Below are positions 1-9,214 of a DNA stretch of 34,553 nucleotides, piece after piece. Numbering within the stretch: position 1 is the stretch's first letter; the number at the start of each line of letters is the position of its first letter. The notes below the pieces were generated by a model. The model made no database searches, had not been told where the DNA came from, and worked only from the letters and a program-made list of their open reading frames with translations. The stretch covers positions 1 through 34,553 of the IMG/VR virus record IMGVR_UViG_3300034178_000058; one strand, given 5' to 3'. Origin of the DNA: a virus (lineage: Duplodnaviria > Caudoviricetes). Made by a program: the position numbers and the translations under genes.

Positions 1-630
1 CTCATCCTCTTCGCCGTCCGAGGGCAGGCGCCTGCAGCGCGGCACGACCTGATCTCGAGGTTCGACGCCGTGAACTCCGGGCACTCCCGTAAGCCCGATG
101 CCCTGCGCTGCATCGTACTGGTGACGATGCCCGCCGACGCGTTCTGGGTGACCTCGTGGCCGTTCGCGCAGTACGTCAAACACCGCTGGCCCGGCGCGTG
201 GGTCTGCTCCGCGTTCCGCCGAGAGCGAGTGGACGGGCCGTCTGCATCGGACATGATCCGGGCAGCTGTCGCGGCTACCCGGTGGAAGTGGCCCGACGTC
301 CCGCCGCTGGGAATGGTTACCTTTCTGGATCGACGCCACGTCCGTCCGGTGATGCGGCGCGGCGTTCCGACGTACGGCAGGACGTGGTTGCTCGCTGGCT
401 TCGAGCCGGACGGGGAGACACAGGGCGGACTGCTGGCGTTCCGCCTACCCCCCGACGCCATGCCGGTACCCGAGCTGCCGCGCGGCGCCCACTCCGAGAA
501 GCCGCCCGACCTCCACCGCGCCCTCGAGCGCCTCTGCCGCGGTCCCCGCCTCGAGCTCTTCGCTCGAGCTGCTCGGCCGGGCTGGACGGCGTGGGGGAAC
601 GAAGCACCCGGCACGACGAAGGAGGGGTGA
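1..630 (+). CDS. MT-A70 family adenine methyltransferase, 3' part (5'-truncated by window), with an inserted unrelated domain
   Basis: Frame 1 is open from base 1: LILFAVRG...HSRKP, and ends HSEKP...ERLCRGPRLELFAR..RPGWTAWGNE, the typical MT-A70 C-terminus. Confidence 0.75.
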   Translation, partial: LILFAVRGQAPAARHDLISRFDAVNSGHSRKPDALRCIVLVTMPADAFWVTSWPFAQYVKHRWPGAWVCSAFRRERVDGPSASDMIRAAVAATRWKWPDVPPLGMVTFLDRRHVRPVMRRGVPTYGRTWLLAGFEPDGETQGGLLAFRLPPDAMPVPELPRGAHSEKPPDLHRALERLCRGPRLELFARAARPGWTAWGNEAPGTTKEG

Positions 631-1538
631 TGGCTGGCGAGCTCCCGTGGTTCCCGATCTACGCCCAGGAGACGCTCTCCGACGAGCGCTTCCAAAGCTG
701 GACATGCGAGGAGAAAGGAGCCTGGTTCCACCTCCTGCTCATGTGCTGGCGAGAGGGGTCGATCCCCTCGTCGACCGAGGCGACCCGCCGCATGTTGCAC
801 CTCGACGGCGCGGACATGCAGCGGGTCTGGGCGGCCATCGGAGACCGCTTCATCCCCGGGGAGGGTGCGGACCGACTCGTCTCGCGGCGGATGGAGTCCG
901 AGCGTGACCGAGCCCAAGAGGTGCGCAAGAAGTTGGCCGCAGCCGGGGCAAAAGGCGGGAAAGCACCGAGAAATCGGCACGATACGGAAGGAAGCCACAC
1001 TCAAGCAACGCTTAAGCGTGGCTCAAGCGCCCGCGAAGCCTCGCTAAGCGAGCCACAGCCACAGCCACAGCCACAAACAGCAGCAGCTCTTAAGCAACCG
1101 GAGGACCCACTCGGACCCTTCCGACGCCTCCTCGCCGACGAACTCGCCATCCTTGGCGACAACCCCCTCCGCGTCGCCCGTCCCGAGCGCGCAGCCGCCT
1201 TCCGGATCCACGTCACCCGCCTCGGCTTGGAGTCCGCCGTCGAGCTCTGCGCCGACCACGCGCGCGTCTGCGGAACCGTCCCGAAGACGCTCGACTGGTT
1301 CCTCGACTTCCTCGCCGAGCAGCCCGACCCGCGCCCCTCCCGCGCCGCCGGCGAGAACCCGAAGCTCGGCGATCCCGACTTCAACGACCCCGCCGCCTGG
1401 CTCGACCAGCAGGCCTTCCTCGACCGCACCGATGGGAAGACCTGGGAAGAAGCCACCGGCCTGAAGCGCCCGGTCTACCGGCCGCCGCTCACGCCCGAGG
1501 AGAAGGCCGAGCTCGCGAAGAAGGGCGGCCAGTCGTGA
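630..1538 (+). CDS. Phage replication initiator, DUF1376/YdaU-like N-terminus
   Basis: ATG overlaps the upstream TGA (TGATG) after GGAGG; LPWFPIY..ETLSD...EEKGAWFHLLLMCW...IP motif; directly upstream of DnaB. Confidence 0.8.
   Translation: MAGELPWFPIYAQETLSDERFQSWTCEEKGAWFHLLLMCWREGSIPSSTEATRRMLHLDGADMQRVWAAIGDRFIPGEGADRLVSRRMESERDRAQEVRKKLAAAGAKGGKAPRNRHDTEGSHTQATLKRGSSAREASLSEPQPQPQPQTAAALKQPEDPLGPFRRLLADELAILGDNPLRVARPERAAAFRIHVTRLGLESAVELCADHARVCGTVPKTLDWFLDFLAEQPDPRPSRAAGENPKLGDPDFNDPAAWLDQQAFLDRTDGKTWEEATGLKRPVYRPPLTPEEKAELAKKGGQS
990..1099. repeat. Iteron-like array / probable replication origin inside the initiator gene
   Basis: AAGC cores at 992, 1003, 1014, 1025, 1036, 1046 (11-bp period), followed by tandem AGCCAC repeats; locally lower GC. 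Confidence 0.6.
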
Positions 1539-2980
1539 GACTCGCGAACGTCGAGACCACCGTCGCCGAGCTCGAGCACCGTATCGTTGGCGCCATCCTC
1601 GCCCGCGGCGACGCGCTCTACGACCTCCCCGCCGGCTTCAGCTCGTCGCTCGTGCAGAACAGTCAGCTCCGCGCGGCGCTCCTCGGGATCGAGAAGCTCT
1701 CCCGCGCGAAGCGCCTACCCGCCGGTCCGGTCGACCATGGGCTCCTCATCGCGGAGGGCGGACTCTCCGATGCCGCCCGCTCGGTCCTCGTCACCGCCGA
1801 GCACATGGCCGACGACCTGGTCACGCGTGGCTCGAAGATCCGGGACTACGCGCAGGCCCTGCTCGAGCGCCACCGCCGGCAGAAGACCAAGGCGATGCTC
1901 GCCAGCGCCGTCGACGCCATGGACGGCGGCGCGTCGACCGAGGACATCGTCGCCAGCGTCACCGCGCAGCTGCTCGACATCGACCACCCCGAGCAGCCCG
2001 AGGTCATCTCGTACGAGGAGGCCGCGCTCCAGACCATCGACGCCGTCGAAGCCATCAAGCAGGGCAACTCGAAGCGCCTCACCACCGGCTTCGACCGCAT
2101 CGACCGCATCCTGCGGATCCGGCCCGGCAACCTGGTCATCGTCGGCGCGCGCTCGAAGGTCGGCAAGACCACCTTCGCCCGCCAACTCGCCGACACCGTC
2201 GCGCTCCAGCGCCAGCACGTCGCCTTCCACTCGCTCGAGATGTCCGTTCCAGAAGTCGTCGCTCTCGACCTCTCGCGCGAGCTCAGCATCGACTCGACCG
2301 AGTTCTTCGACGACGTGAACAACTGGACGCCGGACCACTGGGAGGGGATCCAGCACGCCGTCGCTCGTCGCGTGCCCGAGGGCACCCACGGCTACCTGCA
2401 CGCGAACCACTACCACCACAGCCTCGGCGCGATCCTCCGCATCTCCGAGAAGCTCCACCGCAAGCACGGCCTCTCGCTCGTCGTCGTCGACTATATCCAG
2501 CTCGTCCAGCTCGACCTCGGCAAGAACGCGAACCGCGAGCAGGTGGTCGCCACCATCAGCCGCGCGCTGAAGGCCTTCGCGCAGCGCACCGGCGTCCCCG
2601 TCCTCGCCCTCGCCCAGCTCAACCGGGAGTCAGCGAAGCGCGGAGAGAGACCCTGGAGGCCCACCCGGAAGAAGGCGAAGTCGAAGCAGGACCCGATGGC
2701 GCTCCCGGGCGTCGAAGCCCCGCCGCCCGAGCTCGAGCCGCCACCCGAGGACGAACCTGCACCGCCGCCGCAGCTGCACGACCTCCGCGAGTCCGGCGCG
2801 CTCGAGCAGGACGCGAACGCCGTCTGCTTCATCCACCACCCGTTCGACCTCGCGCTCAACCCGGAGAAGCGCGAGCACGGTCCCTTCAGCTTTATCATCG
2901 CGGCGCAGCGCCTCGGTCCGAAGGGCGTCGTGAAGCTCTACGCCGACCGCCGCTTCTCTCGCTTCGAGGAGATCGACTGA
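1535..2980 (+). CDS. dnaB: Replicative DNA helicase, DnaB family
   Basis: Walker A GARSKVGKT, SLEMS, VVVDYIQL, LAQLNRE, DLRESGALEQDA motifs. Confidence 0.95.
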   Translation: MRLANVETTVAELEHRIVGAILARGDALYDLPAGFSSSLVQNSQLRAALLGIEKLSRAKRLPAGPVDHGLLIAEGGLSDAARSVLVTAEHMADDLVTRGSKIRDYAQALLERHRRQKTKAMLASAVDAMDGGASTEDIVASVTAQLLDIDHPEQPEVISYEEAALQTIDAVEAIKQGNSKRLTTGFDRIDRILRIRPGNLVIVGARSKVGKTTFARQLADTVALQRQHVAFHSLEMSVPEVVALDLSRELSIDSTEFFDDVNNWTPDHWEGIQHAVARRVPEGTHGYLHANHYHHSLGAILRISEKLHRKHGLSLVVVDYIQLVQLDLGKNANREQVVATISRALKAFAQRTGVPVLALAQLNRESAKRGERPWRPTRKKAKSKQDPMALPGVEAPPPELEPPPEDEPAPPPQLHDLRESGALEQDANAVCFIHHPFDLALNPEKREHGPFSFIIAAQRLGPKGVVKLYADRRFSRFEEID

Positions 2981-3327
2981 TGGCCGACCGCTCCCCCACC
3001 TCCCGCTCCCTCGAGCTCCTCCGCGAGCGCGGCTACGAGCCCTGGGTCGTCGAGCAGAACGTCCGCGCCGGGAAACTGCACTTCAAGCGCGACCTGTACA
3101 ACGCCTGGGACATCATCGGCGTCGGCAAGACCCCCTCGACCCGCGGCCAGCTCATCCTGGTCCAGACGACCGACGCCTCGAACGTCTCCAAGCGGCTCGA
3201 CAAGATCGCCGAGAACGCCTTCGTCCCGCTCCTGCGCGAGGCGGGCATCCGGCTCCTGGTCCACGGCTGGATGAAACCCACGAAGACGATCCGGAGCTGG
3301 CGGCTCCGCGAGGAGGACGTGAGCTGA
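2980..3327 (+). CDS. Putative PD-(D/E)XK-like nuclease / Holliday junction resolvase
   Basis: LRERGY...RDLYNAWDIIG...LILVQTT pattern; coupled start after dnaB. Confidence 0.55.
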   Translation: MADRSPTSRSLELLRERGYEPWVVEQNVRAGKLHFKRDLYNAWDIIGVGKTPSTRGQLILVQTTDASNVSKRLDKIAENAFVPLLREAGIRLLVHGWMKPTKTIRSWRLREEDVS

Positions 3328-3722
3328 TGACCTGCCGGTTCGAAGGCTGCCTGCGCGAGCCCGAGCGCAACGGTTGGTGCGCCGGGCACCGAAAGCAACT
3401 CCAGCGCGGACGCGCCCTGGCGCCCCTCGCCCCCCGCAACACCCGCGAACGCATCCGGCTCGAGCGCGAGAAGTTCGAGGCGGCCTGCCTGCGCCTGGAG
3501 GCCGCCCGTGAAGCGCTGAAGGACGAGCTCTCGAAGCGCACGTCGGCCTACTGCAACGCCGACTCCGACGACGACACCCAGTACCGCGCGGTGCTCAAGC
3601 GGCTCTGGGAAGCGGCCGACGACTACGCGCGGTTCCGCCTCGTCATCGATCCGTTCCTCCCGCTGAAGGATCGGCTTGTCCCCGCGGTGTCCCCGCTTCA
3701 GCGGAGGATGCCCCACAGGTGA
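3327..3722 (+). CDS. Hypothetical protein with N-terminal Cx4C...CxxH zinc finger
   Basis: CRFEGC...WCAGH; translationally coupled; GC3-rich frame. Confidence 0.6.
   Translation: MTCRFEGCLREPERNGWCAGHRKQLQRGRALAPLAPRNTRERIRLEREKFEAACLRLEAAREALKDELSKRTSAYCNADSDDDTQYRAVLKRLWEAADDYARFRLVIDPFLPLKDRLVPAVSPLQRRMPHR
3685..3709 (+). promoter_or_regulatory. Candidate late-promoter motif, copy 1 (before terS)
   Basis: CGGTGTCCCCG-N8-GAGGAT; a second TGTCCCCG lies 11 bp upstream; GGAGG here may instead be the RBS. Confidence 0.45.
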
Positions 3723-4246
3723 GCAAACTCAACCCACGACACGATCGCTTCGCGCACACGTACGTGAAGAACGGCTGCAACGCCGGCGCCGCCTATCGCG
3801 CGTGCTACCCGAAGGCCAGCCAAGCGACCGCCGAGACCGAAGGACCTCAACTCCTCAGAAACCCTCGGATCGCTTCGCTCGTGGCGAAGCTCATGGGCTC
3901 ACAGCTCGCGAAGATCGACGCCTCGGCCGAGAGCATCAAGCTCGAGCTCGCGCGGATAGCCAAGGCCGACATCGCGCAGGCCTTCGACAAGCGCGGCCGA
4001 CTCCTGCCGCTGCAGAAGATCCCCGAGGACGTCCGCCGCGCCATCTCGAGCCTCGAGTACGACGCCAAGACCGGGAAGCCGAAGGTGCGCTTCTGGTCGA
4101 AGAACGAGGCGCTCGGGCTCCTCGCGAAGCACCACGGCCTGCTCCGCGAGATCCTCGAGGTGAAGGACGTCACCGAGACGCGCGACATCACCGACGAGGA
4201 GTGGGCGAAGCTCTCCACGCTCGAGCACGAGGTGCGCGGTGATTGA
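3719..4246 (+). CDS. terS: Terminase small subunit
   Basis: LNPRHDRFAHTY...NAGAAYRACY...LLRNPRI...LELARIA...K.EALGLLAKH; two genes upstream of TerL. Confidence 0.9.
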   Translation: MSKLNPRHDRFAHTYVKNGCNAGAAYRACYPKASQATAETEGPQLLRNPRIASLVAKLMGSQLAKIDASAESIKLELARIAKADIAQAFDKRGRLLPLQKIPEDVRRAISSLEYDAKTGKPKVRFWSKNEALGLLAKHHGLLREILEVKDVTETRDITDEEWAKLSTLEHEVRGD

Positions 4247-4706
4247 GCCCAGCGTGCTTTTCCCGCGTCGCCTCGCCTGGCGCGCGCTCCGGATGGTCCT
4301 CGAGCGCTTCGGCCTCGAGCAGATGGCGCTGAAGCTGAACCCTGACGACCCGACGCAGGCGCTCCCCGGCGCGGGTCCCGGCGAGATCGAGTTCGGCGAG
4401 GACTTCGGGCGCAACGGCTCGGGGCGCGTGCTCGCCGTCGTGATCCTGGATGGCGCGAAGGCCCGCGTCCTGGTCGAGCGGATCGAGCGGATCATTCGCG
4501 TGACCCACCGCCGCGGCTTCGTCCCGCGCGAGCTCGGCATCTGGCAGCGCCCCGGCGTGCACGACCTGGACGTCGAGCTCGACCTGTCCGAGGTCATCGA
4601 GGTCGAGGGCCAGCTCATGCGCACGGCGAAGCAGCGCGTCCTGCCGCCAGCGTCCCGGCCGCGCCGGCCGCCGACCGCGATCCGCGCCTTCGGGAGCAGC
4701 CGGTGA
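4239..4706 (+). CDS. Hypothetical protein between terS and terL, with a TerL-like C-terminal peptide
   Basis: Overlaps both neighbours; GC3-rich; ends AIRAFGSSR. Confidence 0.65.
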   Translation: MIEPSVLFPRRLAWRALRMVLERFGLEQMALKLNPDDPTQALPGAGPGEIEFGEDFGRNGSGRVLAVVILDGAKARVLVERIERIIRVTHRRGFVPRELGIWQRPGVHDLDVELDLSEVIEVEGQLMRTAKQRVLPPASRPRRPPTAIRAFGSSR

Positions 4707-6178
4707 ACGTCGACCGCGCACGCCTCTCCACGCTCTCGCGTGGGGTCCCGTGGGTGCCGCAGCCAGGTCCCCAGCTACAGGCGTTCCTATGCGAGGCGGA
4801 CCAGCTGCTCTACGGCGGCGCCGCCGGCGGCGGGAAGACCGCTCTCGGCATCGGCCTCGCCGTCACCCGCCATCGGCGCACCCTATTCGTCCGGCGCGAG
4901 GCGACGCAGCTCATGCCTGTCGTGGATGAGATCGGCGCGCTGCTCGGCGGACGCGTCGGCCTCAACGGGCAGGACCGGATCTGGCGTCTCCCGCACGGCC
5001 GGCAGATCCAGTTCGGCGGCGTGCCCAACGCCGGCGACGAAGCGAAGTTTCAGGGGAACCCTCGCGACCTCCTGGTCTGCGACGAGGCCGCGAACCTGCT
5101 CGAGAGCCAGGTCCGGTTCCTCCTCGGCTGGCTCCGCACCACGGACCGGAAGCAGCGCGTGCGCGCCCTCCTGTGCTCCAACCCGCCGACCTCGGCCGAG
5201 GGCGAGTGGCTCGTCCGCTGGTTCGCGCCATGGCTCGATCCAGCCTTCCCGACGCCGGCGCTCCCGGGCGAGCTCCGGTGGGTCGCGATGGTCGACGGTG
5301 CAGAGCGCTGGGTCGACGGTCCCGAGCCCTTCAAGCACAAGGGCGAGACGATCTCGCCGATCTCGCGAACGTTCATCCCGAGCCGCGTCGCCGACAACCG
5401 CTTCCTCGCCGGCACGAACTACGTCCGGCAGCTGCAGGCGCTCCCCGAGCCGCTCCGCTCGCAGATGCTCCAGGGCGACTTCACCGCCGGCCGCTCGGAC
5501 GACGAGTGGCAGGTCATCCCGAGCGCGTGGGTGAAGGCGGCCATGGACCGCTGGCACACCGCGCCGGCTGAGCTCGGTCCCGTCTCGAGCGTCGGCGTGG
5601 ACCCATCGCGCGGCGGGGACGAGACCACGATCGCAGCGCGCCGCGGCTGGCGCTACGACGAGATCGCCACCGTGAAGCCCGACTCGTCCGGCGTCGTGAC
5701 CGGCGGCGCGGCTGCGCTGCGAGCGATGGAGGTCGCCGGCGACGAGGCGCCGATCCACGTGGACGTGATCGGCATCGGCGCCTCTGTCATCGACCACCTG
5801 GACGGCCTCGTCGGCCGCCGCGTCGTGGGCGTGAACAACTCCGAGGGTTCCGACGGCACGGACATGAGCGGGAAACTCTCCTTCGTGAACCGGCGCGCCG
5901 AGACCTGGTGGCGCTTCCGCGAGGCGCTCTCGCCGGACCGCGCGCCGCGCGTGGCACTCCCGCCCGACCAGCGGCTCTACGCCGACCTCTGCGCGCCTCG
6001 GTACAGGCTCAGCGGGCGCGGCCTGATCATCGAGGAGAAGGCGGAGGTGAAGAAGCGCCTCGGCCGCTCTCCCGATCGCGGCGACGCCGTTGTCCTCGCC
6101 GCGATCCGCACCGTCGTCATCACCGACAACCAGACCGGAGAGCGCTCCGCCGTGCGCTCCTTCGGCTCCTCGAGGTAG
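4703..6178 (+). CDS. terL: Terminase large subunit
   Basis: YGGAAGGGKT Walker A, LLVCDEA Walker B, CSNPP, nuclease motifs GVDPSRGGDET and SPDRGDA. Confidence 0.95.
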   Translation: MNVDRARLSTLSRGVPWVPQPGPQLQAFLCEADQLLYGGAAGGGKTALGIGLAVTRHRRTLFVRREATQLMPVVDEIGALLGGRVGLNGQDRIWRLPHGRQIQFGGVPNAGDEAKFQGNPRDLLVCDEAANLLESQVRFLLGWLRTTDRKQRVRALLCSNPPTSAEGEWLVRWFAPWLDPAFPTPALPGELRWVAMVDGAERWVDGPEPFKHKGETISPISRTFIPSRVADNRFLAGTNYVRQLQALPEPLRSQMLQGDFTAGRSDDEWQVIPSAWVKAAMDRWHTAPAELGPVSSVGVDPSRGGDETTIAARRGWRYDEIATVKPDSSGVVTGGAAALRAMEVAGDEAPIHVDVIGIGASVIDHLDGLVGRRVVGVNNSEGSDGTDMSGKLSFVNRRAETWWRFREALSPDRAPRVALPPDQRLYADLCAPRYRLSGRGLIIEEKAEVKKRLGRSPDRGDAVVLAAIRTVVITDNQTGERSAVRSFGSSR

Positions 6179-6181
6179 CCC

Positions 6182-6466
6182 ATGGACGAAGCGACCACGC
6201 AGACCACCCCGGCCGAGGAGGCGATCACCACGGAGCAGGCGACTGCCCTCGTCGGCAAGCACCTCCTGGTCGTCCTCGAGGACGTCATCCACGCGCACGA
6301 GGCAGTCGTACTCAACGCCGCGAAGAGCGAGATCCGGAAGGGCAACGCCCGCTTGGTCATCGCCGCGGCGCAGGGCTTCGGGCGGCCGCTCTACCACGTG
6401 GTGAAGGTCGCCGCGCGTCCCCGCATCCTTCGACCCGAGCGCTCCATCCACGTCGTGAGGGGGTGA
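6182..6466 (+). CDS. Hypothetical protein
   Basis: GAGG RBS, fills the terL-portal gap, GC3-rich. Confidence 0.65.
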   Translation: MDEATTQTTPAEEAITTEQATALVGKHLLVVLEDVIHAHEAVVLNAAKSEIRKGNARLVIAAAQGFGRPLYHVVKVAARPRILRPERSIHVVRG

Positions 6467-6469
6467 CCC

Positions 6470-8161
6470 ATGGCCTGTGACATCCCGAAGCTGAAGCGCG
6501 AGTACGAGGTTCTTCGCGCTGACCGCCAGGCGAACGAGGAAGCGGTCTGGGACCAAATCGAGAAGTACATCATGCCGCTCACCGGCCAGGTGGCAGCCGC
6601 TCTCGATGGCGCCTCGCCGGCGTCGAAGACCGACCTGCAGCTCTGGGACCTCACCGCGCCACTCGCGGCCGAGCACCTGTCGAGCTCGCTGTACGGCGAC
6701 ATCACGCCGTCAGAAGAGTGGGTTGACTTCGAGTGGATGGACGGGGAGGTCGAGGCGGACCATGAGGCGGTGAAGCACCGGGAGAAGCTCGCCGCGATCG
6801 TCGGCTCCGAGCTCGAAGCGTCCGACTTCGGGATGGAGATGGCCTCGAGCTACCTCGAGTGGGCCGTCAAGGGGACCACCTGCCTCGTCACCGAGACCGC
6901 GAAGAAAGCGGCGGTGTACGACGGGCTCGACTTCACCGCGGTTCCGATCGGCGAGGTGCAGTTCCGGAACGACTCGAAGGGCGGCGTCGCCTGCTGGTTC
7001 CGCCACCTGTCGTGGACGCCGCACCAGATGCGCGACCACTGCCAGCGCGAAGGCTACCCGGTCCCGGAGCGCATCTCGCAGGCCTGCGAGAAACCCGAGT
7101 CGGCGGTCACGAAGGAGAGCGTCGTCTTCGCGATCTTCCGGCGCGACGAGATCGCCGAGGAGCTCGACGGTGAGGCGATCGCAGCGCGGCGCCCGTGGGG
7201 CGCGGTGCACTTCACGCTCGAGCGCGGTGAGAAGCTCGGCGAGGAGGACGGCTACTACCGGATGCCGGTGGTGATGGGTCGGTTCGGGAAGAAGCCGCAG
7301 TCGCAGTGGGGCTTCGGCCGGGGGCACATCGCGCTCCGGTCCGTGAAGTGGCTGAACGGCTTCAAGGAGCTGCAGCGGAACGCCGCCGAGAAGGCGGTCG
7401 ACCCCGCGCACGGCATCTCCGAGCGGGTCTCTGGGCCGGTTGATCTCCGCCCCGGCAAGGGCACCGTAATGCCGGGGAAGGACGACTGGTGGCCGCTCGA
7501 GAGCGCGGCCCGGTTCGACGTCTCCGTCGACATCCTGCGCGACGAGCGGATGGAGATCCGCCGCTGCTTCCACGAGGACGACCTGCAGCTGAAGGAGTCC
7601 CCGCAGATGACGGCGACGGAGGTCGCGGCCAGGAAGGACCAGATGAACCGCGCGCTCGGGGCGCCGGTCGCGCGCCTGACGACCGAGGTGCTCTCCCCCG
7701 TCGTGATGATCGTCCTCGATCACCTCGCGCGTGCGAAGAAGCTGCCGGCGGCGCCGGAGATCGTGAAGAGGAAGAGGGCGCAGCTGAAGCTCGTGCTGCG
7801 CGGGCCGATCGCGCGCGCCCTCGCGATGGACAAGGTCGTCGCGATCGAGCGCGCCGCCGCGTTCATCGCGAACCTCGTGAAACTCGGCTTCCCGGAGGCG
7901 CGTCACCGACTCGACCTCGACGGGATGCTCGGCGCCTACCGGAAGCTTCTTGGCGCGCCGGCGGCGATGTTCCGGTCGGCGAGCGCGGCGAAGCGGCTCG
8001 AGGAGGAGGAGCGCGCCGCGATGGCCAGGGCGCAGGCGGCGGAGACGATGAAGAACGTCGGGCAGGGTATGGCCGCGGCGGCGAGCGCCGGCGTGCCGGT
8101 GGGCTCTCCGGGCATCGGTGAGCAGCCCGCTCTCCTGCCGTCCGGTGGGGTGCTCGGATGA
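6470..8161 (+). CDS. Portal / head-tail connector (T7 gp8 / BPP-1 type)
   Basis: WDQIEKYIMP, WDLTAPLAAEHLSSSL, MTATEV motif; 563 aa. Confidence 0.92.
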   Translation: MACDIPKLKREYEVLRADRQANEEAVWDQIEKYIMPLTGQVAAALDGASPASKTDLQLWDLTAPLAAEHLSSSLYGDITPSEEWVDFEWMDGEVEADHEAVKHREKLAAIVGSELEASDFGMEMASSYLEWAVKGTTCLVTETAKKAAVYDGLDFTAVPIGEVQFRNDSKGGVACWFRHLSWTPHQMRDHCQREGYPVPERISQACEKPESAVTKESVVFAIFRRDEIAEELDGEAIAARRPWGAVHFTLERGEKLGEEDGYYRMPVVMGRFGKKPQSQWGFGRGHIALRSVKWLNGFKELQRNAAEKAVDPAHGISERVSGPVDLRPGKGTVMPGKDDWWPLESAARFDVSVDILRDERMEIRRCFHEDDLQLKESPQMTATEVAARKDQMNRALGAPVARLTTEVLSPVVMIVLDHLARAKKLPAAPEIVKRKRAQLKLVLRGPIARALAMDKVVAIERAAAFIANLVKLGFPEARHRLDLDGMLGAYRKLLGAPAAMFRSASAAKRLEEEERAAMARAQAAETMKNVGQGMAAAASAGVPVGSPGIGEQPALLPSGGVLG

Positions 8162-8364
8162 GCGTCGACGAGCGCACCGTTGACCGGAGTACCGCCGTGC
8201 AGCTGCTCGCCACCGACGACGGCGCCGCGCTGCTCCGGCACCTCCGCCGCGTCTACCGGAGCGGCGCGCCGAGCGAGACCGAGCACCAGATGTTGAACCG
8301 GCTGGGGCGCCTCGACGCCCTGGCTGATCTCGAGCGCCTCCGCGAAGAGGCGAAAGGAAGCTGA
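8158..8364 (+). CDS. Small head-associated protein (Bbp19-like)
   Basis: LLATDDGAALLRHL...G motif; conserved position between portal and scaffold. Confidence 0.6.
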   Translation: MSVDERTVDRSTAVQLLATDDGAALLRHLRRVYRSGAPSETEHQMLNRLGRLDALADLERLREEAKGS

Positions 8365-9179
8365 TGGCACTGCCCGATGACGTGACGAAGGACTGGCCCG
8401 CCGAGCTGAAGGGCGACCCCTCGCTGAAGGACGTGAACGACGTTGCCGCGCTGGCGAAGCGCTTCGTCGACACGAAGGCGCTCGTCGGATCGTCGATCCG
8501 CCCGCCCGGCCCCGACGCCTCCCCGGAGGCGCGCCTCGAGTTCGTGACGAAGCTCCGCGAGAAGGCGCCCGAGCTCGTGCTCATCCCGGACGGCGACGAC
8601 GAGCCGGCCAAGCAGGCCCGCGAGGCGGCGTGGACCCGGATGGGCAGGCCGAAGGAGGCGAAGGAGTACTCGGCGCCAAAGGACGTCGAGCTCGCTCCGG
8701 AGCACCTCGAGGCGCTGCGCCAGGAGGCGCTCGAGGAGGGGCTCACGAAGGCCCAGTTCGGCGCCCGCGCGAAGCGGATCGCCGAGAGCCTCGCCGGAGT
8801 GGCCGAGCAGCAGAAGGGCGCCACGGCCGCGCTGAAGAAGGAGCTCGGGGCGGCGTTCGACGAGCGCACCGCCTCGGCGGCCGCGGTCGCCGCGAAGCTC
8901 GGCTTCCCCGAGACGCTCGTGGGCGCGCTGAAGAGCGGCGCGGTGGACGCCACCACGTTCAAGGCCTTCTCGGCGATCGCGAAGGGCTTCGGCGAGACGC
9001 GCCAGGTGGCCGATCAGAACGGCGGCGCCGGCGGCAAGCTCACGCCGGTCGAGGCGAAGGCGCAGCGGGACGAGATCATGTCGCGCCCCGAGTACTTCAA
9101 CCCGAAGCCGGCCCAGCTCGGCGTGCACCGCACGCTCGTGGCCAAGGTGCGCGAGCTGAACGAGCTCATCGGGGCGTAA
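8364..9179 (+). CDS. Capsid scaffolding protein
   Basis: DVAALAKRFVD..ALVG...IRPPG, MGRPKEAKEY, C-terminal EIMSRPEY..H..LVAKV; position after portal. Confidence 0.85.
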   Translation: MALPDDVTKDWPAELKGDPSLKDVNDVAALAKRFVDTKALVGSSIRPPGPDASPEARLEFVTKLREKAPELVLIPDGDDEPAKQAREAAWTRMGRPKEAKEYSAPKDVELAPEHLEALRQEALEEGLTKAQFGARAKRIAESLAGVAEQQKGATAALKKELGAAFDERTASAAAVAAKLGFPETLVGALKSGAVDATTFKAFSAIAKGFGETRQVADQNGGAGGKLTPVEAKAQRDEIMSRPEYFNPKPAQLGVHRTLVAKVRELNELIGA

Positions 9180-9183
9180 CGGT

Positions 9184-9208
9184 CGCAGTCCCCGCGACCG
9201 GGTACTCG
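9184..9208 (+). promoter_or_regulatory. Candidate late-promoter motif, copy 2 (before lysis cassette; leaderless)
   Basis: CGCAGTCCCCG-N8-TACTCG-N6-ATG, no SD; lies within an inverted repeat at 9180-9200. Confidence 0.5.
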
Positions 9209-9214
9209 TCTTCC

